Below are positions 56,618 to 64,000 of a stretch of 64,000 bases of DNA, in pieces (position 1 is the first letter of the stretch; each line of letters begins with the position of its first letter). A program made the position numbers and the translations under genes. The DNA lies in assembly GCA_003345545.1 (NCBI GenBank), contig PRDH01000044.1, positions 32,001 through 96,000 of the forward strand. The letters are read 5' to 3'. Source of the DNA: Candidatus Thorarchaeota archaeon (GTDB lineage Archaea; Asgardarchaeota; Thorarchaeia; Thorarchaeales; Thorarchaeaceae). The notes under the pieces were generated by a model that ran no database searches, was not told the origin of the DNA, and worked only from the letters and a program-made list of their open reading frames with translations.

Positions 56618-57175
56618 TCAGTCTGCACAGGTGTCATACGCTTCCTTAGCACCCTCAGCATTGCTCTCGCCGGCTTTTCCTTTCCACTTTTCACGTATGA
56701 CCTTCTGAATTGTATCAAGCTTGACGAGTCCAGTGGCCTTGGCAAATGCCCCTAGCATGGTCGTATTGATAACAGGCAACCCTCCGACCAGGAGTCCATT
56801 CTTTAATGCGATACCGGTCCCATCATATGTGTAGACATGACCTTTGCGAACTTGTATCTCAGCAGCATGTTTTGGAGTGTTGATGATTACCTTTCCCTCT
56901 TCCTTCAGACCCTCAGTGACATCAGTCAAATCGAGAAGCGTAGAGTCAAGGACTGCTACCACATCAGGGGTGTAGATCTGGCTTCGTACATTGATCTCCT
57001 CATCAGCTATCCGTGTGAACGCCTTCACGGGGGCTCCACGGCGCTCAGCTCCGAAATAGGGGAAAGCTTGCACGCCCTTGTATCCATCAATGTAGGCAGC
57101 CTTTGCCAGCAGTTCAGCGGAGGTGACACCACCTTGTCCACCTCTGCCGTGCCAACGCACTTCAATCATCTTCAT
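56618..57175 (-). CDS. porG: 2-oxoacid:ferredoxin oxidoreductase gamma subunit
   Basis: EVRWHGRGGQGGVT, QAFPYFGAERRGAPV, INT.MLGA. Confidence 0.92.
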   Translation of the reverse strand: MKMIEVRWHGRGGQGGVTSAELLAKAAYIDGYKGVQAFPYFGAERRGAPVKAFTRIADEEINVRSQIYTPDVVAVLDSTLLDLTDVTEGLKEEGKVIINTPKHAAEIQVRKGHVYTYDGTGIALKNGLLVGGLPVINTTMLGAFAKATGLVKLDTIQKVIREKWKGKAGESNAEGAKEAYDTCAD

Positions 57176-57356
57176 TCGAAATGACGCCTCAACTGACCTG
57201 TTGGTCAAGCCCTGCGCGACATAAGCCAGACATAACCTTTACGTTTGCACTGTGTCTCAGTGGGGAGTCCTAATAGAGAATCACAATCGGTAGCCTACAT
57301 CACGGGCACCCGTCAATGTCTCTCTGGATAACAGCAAAGTAGCTGCAGGGCGCTCA

Positions 57357-58742
57357 TCAAAGATATGAATCCTCTTGAAGAGCATGAATGACTCCATCTG
57401 CTGATTGAGCAGCTTGTTGCAGACCTACACCAGACCCAGCAGTATCGGTACCGACAATATAGAGTCCATCTATAGGAGTTCTGGGGCCAGGTCTATCAAG
57501 GTCTGTTTGCCCAGGAATTAGTTTCGCACGAGTGGCATATGACATCTGAGCATGTTCCATCTCGACATGATCAAGGATGCCGGGGTAATATTTCTCGAAA
57601 CCATTGCCCTTCATCATTGCTACATGTTCATCAAGAGATTTACCCGGCTCAGCCATCATAGCAATGGCCACCAACTCTCTTCCATCAGGAGCACAGGTCC
57701 GGTCAAAACTTGAAACGGATACAATCCAGCGGTTTGGATTTGGATGGACGAGTACCCTATTCTTGCGGTCTCCGATGACAACTTTCTTCAGACCCAGCCA
57801 GAGAGTGATGCCTTTAGTCGGTTCCATCTTGCTCCATCTGCTGAAGAATGCGCGACTCTCTGCCATATCAGATTCGACAATCTTGTCCATGGACCAAAGA
57901 GGAATATCGCTCACAATTCGAGAATGCTGGATGTTTCTGCCCCCGACGGTCAGACCGGTCACATGTGCATCACTCTCAAGAATCCTCTCAACTGGAGCAT
58001 CAAGAACGTAGTCCCCGTTTATCGTCTCAATCACTCTCTTGACGAGACCCTCCATCCCTCCGATGACATAGCCTTCATCATACTCGCTTGATCCGAAAAG
58101 CAGTTTCTTTGCTGATGCAAACTTCGATGGTTCCCTATCTGTGTCCTTGAGCGTGCGTAGAGCCTCGTATGCAGAGGCCTCGGAAATGGGGACTCCCGCA
58201 GCCATGTAGATGGCACTCTGCATCACATCAAGCATGACTTTGTTCGTCGCGCCTCTAGCTTGCATGAATTCGAGGAATGAGATGTCCTTGTACTTTCGCA
58301 TCTCATCAAGTTTCATCGTCTTTATCTTTGCACCAATCCTGACAAGTCCCAGACGACCTCTCCAGCCTGTGAGGGGCCACCTCAGGGTTTCTCCGATGCT
58401 CGAAGGAATTGGCCCGGTCTTATCACACACGCGGAACTCCCAGCCGTCATGGAGAACAAACTCTGGAGGCGGAGAGAGATAGCTCTTCAGAAATCTGACG
58501 AAAGCGCCACGTGTCACACGCGTTATGACATGCAAGCCCTGATCGACACGATATCCATCGACCCAATACCCATGCCACACACCACCAAGACGACTCTCCT
58601 TCTCAACCACCAAGACCTTTCTCCCTCTTGCCGACAGGGCAAGCGCAGTAAGGAGGCCGCCTGCTCCGCTACCAGCAATGATGACATCATACTGATTTGG
58701 ATCAACTAGGTCAAGGGAGATCTGTTTCATCGAATGGCTCAC
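57357..58742 (-). CDS. FAD-dependent oxidoreductase (phytoene desaturase-like family)
   Basis: DVIIAGSGAGGL..A..L...G..VLVVEK...GG, DQGLH, GGM, TPIDGLYIVG. Confidence 0.85.
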   Translation of the reverse strand: MSHSMKQISLDLVDPNQYDVIIAGSGAGGLLTALALSARGRKVLVVEKESRLGGVWHGYWVDGYRVDQGLHVITRVTRGAFVRFLKSYLSPPPEFVLHDGWEFRVCDKTGPIPSSIGETLRWPLTGWRGRLGLVRIGAKIKTMKLDEMRKYKDISFLEFMQARGATNKVMLDVMQSAIYMAAGVPISEASAYEALRTLKDTDREPSKFASAKKLLFGSSEYDEGYVIGGMEGLVKRVIETINGDYVLDAPVERILESDAHVTGLTVGGRNIQHSRIVSDIPLWSMDKIVESDMAESRAFFSRWSKMEPTKGITLWLGLKKVVIGDRKNRVLVHPNPNRWIVSVSSFDRTCAPDGRELVAIAMMAEPGKSLDEHVAMMKGNGFEKYYPGILDHVEMEHAQMSYATRAKLIPGQTDLDRPGPRTPIDGLYIVGTDTAGSGVGLQQAAQSADGVIHALQEDSYL

Positions 58743-58929
58743 ACAAAGTGGGTTTCATCGTCTACTTAAGCGTGTCCACACACTCGTGAAATTGCAGTCG
58801 AATCTTGATGCGTCTGCGAGGTAGATAGCATCAAAAAAAAGACAGATATCAGGGCAACTGTTATGAGGAAACAGAAATGCAAAAGACACAACAAACTGAC
58901 TGAAACAAAGTGAAGGAGAACAAATAGCC

Positions 58930-60735
58930 TTGACCCCTAGCGATGACCTCCTTAAAGAAGCCAAACAGGTACTTGCAAATGGAAATATGGAGGAGGGCGT
59001 GAAGAAGCTCGTAAAAGCAGCAGAGAACTTGGAAACGAAGAACGAATACGAAATGGCTGCAAAGACCTACGAAGAAGCAGCGCTCGTCTATCGAGATCTA
59101 CATCATGCAGATGAGAGCTTCAAGCTGTTTGATAGGGCAACCTTGATGATGGTCAGAATGCCTCAGGGCCCGGGAGTCTACAGAGAGATAGTCCGACTCA
59201 ACATAAGAGCCGGAGAAATCGCAGATGCAGCAAATGAACACAAGAGAGCTGCTGATTTCTATTTCAGAGCCAAGGACTTTGCAATGACAGATGAAGAGAA
59301 GAAGACCACCAACATTCGAGCAGCCGATGCCTTGGAGAATATCGCAGATGGCACAGAGGAACAGGGGGACTTCTCTGAAACAATAAGCCTCCTTCGAAAG
59401 GTCAGCAGGCTCTACTACACTGCCGGTGATGAGGAGCTCGGAGAGAGAATCAATGACAGGGCAGTCAGGGTAGCTCTGCATTGGGCAAGAACTTCAAAAA
59501 TCAAGGGCGACTTCCTCTCTGCAGGAAATGCCCTAGCAGAAGCGGCTCAGATCATGCAGACAATAGGGGAGTCTCCCGAAGCAACGCGTATTATGATGGA
59601 GGCTGGAGAGCTATACGAGGCTGCACAACTCTATGAAAAGGCAGGAAACATCTATGATGCTGCTCAAGAAGCCTATAAACTTCAACGGCTGACATCGGCC
59701 AGAAATCAGGCACTCGCTAACGCTGCAGAGGCATATCTGAAGATGGAGGGCACACCCGAGGCTGTGGCTCCTCTCCTAGTGAAGGGAGGCAATATGTTCA
59801 GCGAGCTAGGCAGAGGTATGAGGGCAAAGTGGGCATTCAAGCGGGGGAGTGAGATGTTTGAAGAACTGGCTAAGAGAGCGGCATCAGACAGAGAAGTCGA
59901 CTCGGAGAAGAAATACCTTCGATATCAAGCCATGTGCTTGAAGAACGCAGGATATGAAGACCGAGCCGAGGAGATCTACTCGCAGGTAACAAAGTACTAC
60001 CTTGGACAGGCTCAGAATCGGAGCAAGGCAGGTGACAAGGAACGACAAGCTATCGCGCTGGAGGAAGCAGCAGAAGTCTTCCTTGAATCAGGTCAGAAAG
60101 AAGAGAGCAAGAAGCTCGTTGAACAAGCAATCACTCTGTACGTTGAACTAGCTGAGGAAAAATCCACCGCAGAAGACTCAGAAACAGCATCAAAGCTCTA
60201 CGGCCGAGCCGCAGATTGTGCTGCGCGACTAGGTGATACAGAGAGAGACCAATCATTCCACTGCATGGCGAGTGAAAAAGCAGAGCAGGCGGCGGAGTAC
60301 TATAGACAACTTGGAGTCCCTGAATTGGCGACAATCTGGATTAGGACTGCTGGAACAGAGGCACTACAGACAGGTTCGGACAAGATGATAGAGAAAGCCA
60401 TCCAACTGCTTACGAAGTCTGCGGAGGGATTTAAGGCCGCTAACGAACTCAAGGAAGCATTCGAGGATCTGTTCGGAGTGTTTGAGGCGCACTTCATGCA
60501 TTACCCCGACAGACGAAAGCAAATCAAGACGACGATTTCATCCATGGAGGAAATAGCAAAGACTATGCAGGATGACATAATCAATGCACTCACATCCTTG
60601 ATTATTGCATTGAACGAGGGCAATCACATTGGCGCTCTTCTCATCCTTCAGGAAAACGAAGAAGGCCTCCTGACCAAAGAAGACCGAATCCGTAGCCTAA
60701 TTGCTCAGTCCAAGATTGTGAGGGCTACAAGATAG
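58930..60735 (+). CDS. alpha-SNAP-like/TPR helical repeat protein
   Basis: Repeated A..Y..AA units: YEMAAKTYEEAA, FLSAGNALAEAAQ, YEKAGNIYDAA, ASKLYGRAADC. Confidence 0.78.
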   Translation: MTPSDDLLKEAKQVLANGNMEEGVKKLVKAAENLETKNEYEMAAKTYEEAALVYRDLHHADESFKLFDRATLMMVRMPQGPGVYREIVRLNIRAGEIADAANEHKRAADFYFRAKDFAMTDEEKKTTNIRAADALENIADGTEEQGDFSETISLLRKVSRLYYTAGDEELGERINDRAVRVALHWARTSKIKGDFLSAGNALAEAAQIMQTIGESPEATRIMMEAGELYEAAQLYEKAGNIYDAAQEAYKLQRLTSARNQALANAAEAYLKMEGTPEAVAPLLVKGGNMFSELGRGMRAKWAFKRGSEMFEELAKRAASDREVDSEKKYLRYQAMCLKNAGYEDRAEEIYSQVTKYYLGQAQNRSKAGDKERQAIALEEAAEVFLESGQKEESKKLVEQAITLYVELAEEKSTAEDSETASKLYGRAADCAARLGDTERDQSFHCMASEKAEQAAEYYRQLGVPELATIWIRTAGTEALQTGSDKMIEKAIQLLTKSAEGFKAANELKEAFEDLFGVFEAHFMHYPDRRKQIKTTISSMEEIAKTMQDDIINALTSLIIALNEGNHIGALLILQENEEGLLTKEDRIRSLIAQSKIVRATR

Positions 60736-60792
60736 ACTGTTCATGTCTTTCGGAAGATAGAAGAGAGTCAGATACTCTCTCCCTGAAATCAG

Positions 60793-61221
60793 GTGGATCA
60801 TTTGAGTTTCTATCACGAGATTCTGGAGTTCCATACTCAGGGTGACTGTGACATGATAGACATCACTAAGGGAGTAGAGGATGTTGTCAAGAGAAGTGGA
60901 ATGACTTCAGGGATCTGCACTGTCTTCTGTGCAGGATCAACTGGTTCAATCACCACGATAGAATACGAGAGTGGCCTTCTTTCAGATTTTCCTGAAGCTA
61001 TGGAGAGAATTGCTCCAAGCAACGCTGAATACAAGCATGATCTCAGATGGAGAGATGGCAATGGCTATTCCCATGTGAGAGCATCAATTGTAGGACCTAG
61101 TCTCACGGTTCCATTTGTGAATAGACAACTGACGCTAGGAACTTGGCAGCAAGTAGTCTTTGTAGACTATGATAATCGACCACGGAATAGAACCGTTGAG
61201 GTGGTGATTATCGGAGGGTGA
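60793..61221 (+). CDS. YjbQ/UPF0047 family protein
   Basis: DIT, GST..IT..E.E, Y.H....GNG.SHVRA, L.LGTWQ. Confidence 0.92.
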   Translation: MDHLSFYHEILEFHTQGDCDMIDITKGVEDVVKRSGMTSGICTVFCAGSTGSITTIEYESGLLSDFPEAMERIAPSNAEYKHDLRWRDGNGYSHVRASIVGPSLTVPFVNRQLTLGTWQQVVFVDYDNRPRNRTVEVVIIGG

Positions 61222-61524
61222 CTAGGGAATCTCAAGATCAGATTTCAGGTCCCAGGACAGCTCGCGTAGGCTATGATTGACTGGTTCAGAGTCACGTATC
61301 TTGAGCGCCAAGTAGTGTATCCTCATAGCTCTTCGGAGGCGATGTATCTGAAATGGAGCATTCCAGGTTGCAGAGGGATTCCTGTACCCGTGCGTATCCA
61401 TCAGGTCTCGAATTGTTTCTAATTCCTTTTTGACCTGGAGCTTGATGTCATCAAGGTCCCGCTGAATTGTTAGTGCAGGTCTTTCTGTCATTATGGACAT
61501 CTCTACATCCTTTTCAGAAAGCAA
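61222..61524 (-). CDS. hypothetical protein
   Basis: 100-aa helical ORF filling the gap downstream of nob1. Confidence 0.55.
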   Translation of the reverse strand: MLSEKDVEMSIMTERPALTIQRDLDDIKLQVKKELETIRDLMDTHGYRNPSATWNAPFQIHRLRRAMRIHYLALKIRDSEPVNHSLRELSWDLKSDLEIP

Positions 61525-61569
61525 GTACCAATTTCATATCATGTAAGACTTGGGTATTACCCACATTTC

Positions 61570-62091
61570 CTACTTTCTGCCCTTCTTGAACACTCTTCGG
61601 CGCATCGGAGTACCGCAGACAGGGCATTCAAGGCCAGCCTTAGACGCTACTGACCTGTGGCCACAGGCCGGGCAGATTGAAACCCATTTAATGTCATCCT
61701 TGAACTTCCCGCTGGGATCCACAGTCTCAATACCCATATGGCGAGCTGTGTTCAAAACTGCGAGATCTGTAGATACAAGCACAATACTGCTTCCATCTTG
61801 CCTCTTTGAATGTGCCAACGCAATCAATTCAATGTCGGTTTCCGAGAGAATAGAATCATCGCCAGTTTCAGTCGCCGCTCTTCTTGCAGCATTGATTGAA
61901 TCAGTCGGGGGCGCTTCTTCCCTAAGTCTATCGAGAACCTCCAGGAGGTCTGCTCGGAATTTGCTTGGTCGATTGCGAATCTCATCCACCACGTCGGTCG
62001 TCGTGGAAAACACACCCTCACCCACCCTTTTTGTCCAAGTGGAGAACAGCGCGCCTGCATCAACAACATAGGTACGTGGCATTCGGTTCAC
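61570..62091 (-). CDS. nob1: Nob1-like PIN endonuclease with Zn ribbon
   Basis: VVDAGA, V.DEI, TGD...LSETD..LIALA, STD.AV.N.A...G, CPAC...CPVCG. Confidence 0.88.
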   Translation of the reverse strand: MNRMPRTYVVDAGALFSTWTKRVGEGVFSTTTDVVDEIRNRPSKFRADLLEVLDRLREEAPPTDSINAARRAATETGDDSILSETDIELIALAHSKRQDGSSIVLVSTDLAVLNTARHMGIETVDPSGKFKDDIKWVSICPACGHRSVASKAGLECPVCGTPMRRRVFKKGRK

Positions 62092-62973
62092 CTAGAGAGT
62101 CCTTGGAACAAGCCGTGTGTTCAGACGGTCGTAGTAGTTGTTATAGAGCCGGATGAAGCGTGTCACTTTCTCAGACTTCTTCAACCATACTCTCTCATTG
62201 GGTTCGATGTCCCATCGTGTCTGACCATCAATGACTGCAAGACCCGGAGCGCCGGGCTTCACTAATTCGAACTCCAATTTGGCGTAGTCAGGAATCACCA
62301 TGGATTTCAGTTCAAACCTCGGAGGACACACTGGAACGAAGACAAAGCCGTTCACGTCAGGTGTCAATATGGAACCTCCGGCTGCAAGTGCATAGGCGGT
62401 GGACCCACAGGGTGTCGCGAGCATCGCACCATCTGCCCTTCCATAGTCAACTTGCACGCCATCCAGAAGGATCTGTAGTGTCAGAAGTCTTCCAGGTAAT
62501 TTTGATACCACGTAGACCTCATTGAGAGCACTGGGAAAGACCCTCTCGCCAACGCCTGAACTTATGTTGAGGTTGGTTTCAATGATACAGTCGTTGGCAA
62601 GCACTCGCCCAAGAGAAGCCAATGCTGTGCTTGTTCCAATCTCTGTGAGAAATCCAACGGTCCCACGGTTGATACAAAAGAGTGGGGTTTCGCGATCCTT
62701 CAATTGAGACAATGTATAGAGAATCGTACCGTCTCCACCGATAGTGATGACAAAATCCGCATCTATCTCCTCTATGGGGGTTGGCTTCACTGTCATATCA
62801 GGAAGACTGAGAGATCCCGGGTCCACCTGAATCTCAATACCCTTGGAAAGAAGAAACTCAACTATGCGTTGCGCCAGAGGGGTTACCTCGGTGCGACCGG
62901 GCTTGCACACAAGTCCCACGGCTCGCTTCTCACTGAGTATCTGAGGGTTCTGTACGATCACTGATAGGCACAT
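62092..62973 (-). CDS. nadK: NAD kinase
   Basis: IGGDGT.L, G.VGFL, ALNEV, ADG...ATP.GSTAYALAAGG, IDGQ. Confidence 0.95.
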   Translation of the reverse strand: MCLSVIVQNPQILSEKRAVGLVCKPGRTEVTPLAQRIVEFLLSKGIEIQVDPGSLSLPDMTVKPTPIEEIDADFVITIGGDGTILYTLSQLKDRETPLFCINRGTVGFLTEIGTSTALASLGRVLANDCIIETNLNISSGVGERVFPSALNEVYVVSKLPGRLLTLQILLDGVQVDYGRADGAMLATPCGSTAYALAAGGSILTPDVNGFVFVPVCPPRFELKSMVIPDYAKLEFELVKPGAPGLAVIDGQTRWDIEPNERVWLKKSEKVTRFIRLYNNYYDRLNTRLVPRTL

Positions 62974-63108
62974 CCAAGATTGGCTCTAGCGATAACCATT
63001 TTACTCTTACTACTGCTGATTCGTTGCACGGGAACACGCCCCCAAATATATATAGACGAATCGAAAGGTGTGTATCAGTGGTCTGCACGACACAGTTGGT
63101 GAATAAAG

Positions 63109-63510
63109 GTGGATATTAGAAAAGCTGAAGCAAAGAGCTTGAAGCCCGGAGCGTATATGGTAATTGATGACGAACCATGTAGAGTTGTGTCTATGGATAA
63201 GTCCAAGCCTGGGAAACATGGTGCCGCAAAGGCAAATATCATTGCAGTTGGTTTCTTTGATAACAGGAAACGCAATGTCATCATGCCTGCAGACCGTATG
63301 GTAGATGTTCCAGTCATAAACAAGAGAGTTGCCACGGTGATTGCTGATACAGGAGAGAACTATAGCCTGATGGATACTGAGTCCTTCGAGACCTATGACC
63401 TCCCCAAACCAACAGATCAGGATCTTCTCTCGCAGATAAGCCTCAATAGTGAAGTAGAAGTCTGGGAATTAATGAATCGACGTGTTATTACCAGAGTCAA
63501 GACAGCATAG
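63109..63510 (+). CDS. eif5a: translation factor aIF-5A
   Basis: KSKPGKHGAAKA hypusine loop, VP.I.K, LMD.E.FET. Confidence 0.96.
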   Translation: MDIRKAEAKSLKPGAYMVIDDEPCRVVSMDKSKPGKHGAAKANIIAVGFFDNRKRNVIMPADRMVDVPVINKRVATVIADTGENYSLMDTESFETYDLPKPTDQDLLSQISLNSEVEVWELMNRRVITRVKTA

Positions 63511-63530
63511 TCCAGAAACGACACATTGGG

Positions 63531-63983
63531 ATGGTCGATATGGATTCAATGGATAGAGTTGATGACAAAGACCTGCAGATTATTGAGATTCTATCCAGCA
63601 ATGCAAGGATTTCACTGAGGGACATCAAGAAGAAGGTGAACCTGAGTCCAAGCTCGATTCGAAACAGGATGGAGCACCTTGTTGAGATTGGCATAATCAG
63701 GCGGTACACCGTGGATATTGACTACAGAAAGATGGGATTCGATATTCAGGTTCTTGTCCAGATAACAGCCAGACCAGGAACGTCAAGAGACCTCTACGCC
63801 CAATTGTCAAAGTACAAGCAGGTATCAGAAGTACTGAGGACCGCTGGTCCCGCGAACTTCATACTCAGAGTGCGTGTCAAGGACATAGCTGAACTTACCC
63901 GTTTCATTACTGGGGAGCTCGAGAGGCTTGAAGGTGTGCAACGCATAGAAACCATGTTCATCCTTCCCGATGACGAAGAATGA
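63531..63983 (+). CDS. Lrp/AsnC family transcriptional regulator
   Basis: DDKDLQII..L..NAR.S..DI....LS.S....R...L...GII..Y..ID..K.G; C-terminal RAM domain. Confidence 0.93.
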   Translation: MVDMDSMDRVDDKDLQIIEILSSNARISLRDIKKKVNLSPSSIRNRMEHLVEIGIIRRYTVDIDYRKMGFDIQVLVQITARPGTSRDLYAQLSKYKQVSEVLRTAGPANFILRVRVKDIAELTRFITGELERLEGVQRIETMFILPDDEE

Positions 63984-64000
63984 TGCAAGACTCCCTATTA

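Noticed and set aside
1-64000. Selenoprotein (in-frame TGA) genes, inteins, CRISPR arrays, IS elements, rRNA/tRNA
   Set aside because: Recognised genes appear full length with no TGA-interrupted frames; rtcB has normal length; no regularly spaced repeats, transposase/integrase motifs or RNA-gene signatures seen by eye (a covariance-model scan could still find intron-containing tRNAs)

Overview
Gene-dense archaeal chromosomal segment, almost certainly from an Asgard archaeon (Thorarchaeia-like; inference). Archaeal markers: class I LysRS, class I CCA enzyme, eL13, aIF-5A, Nob1, pantoate kinase/phosphopantothenate synthetase, single-OB SSB, stand-alone XPF. Housekeeping and metabolic genes (CoA synthesis, rtcB, tmk, ino1, glnA, NAD kinase) are interleaved with many eukaryotic-signature-type genes: four different small GTPases (MglA-like, CvnD-like+wHTH, longin-Arf-acidic tail, Rab-like), a roadblock protein, a longin/uDENN-wHTH protein, three V4R/Bet3(TRAPPC3)-like proteins and two alpha-SNAP-like repeat proteins (one with a PCI-like end). 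The strongest novelty candidates are (i) a duplicated two-gene cassette [roadblock-Pro linker-2x wHTH] -> [V4R/Bet3-like] flanking two membrane genes (44.9-49.9 kb), (ii) a longin-wHTH gene and a longin-Arf GTPase gene separated by a ~470-nt ORF-free spacer that folds into five hairpins with a possible loop-loop pseudoknot (candidate new ncRNA, 20.3-20.5 kb), and (iii) a probable cobalamin capture operon (DUF4430 surface protein + ECF S component). I saw no rRNA, tRNA, CRISPR array, transposase or integrase. All assignments are by motif recognition by eye; no database searches were run.
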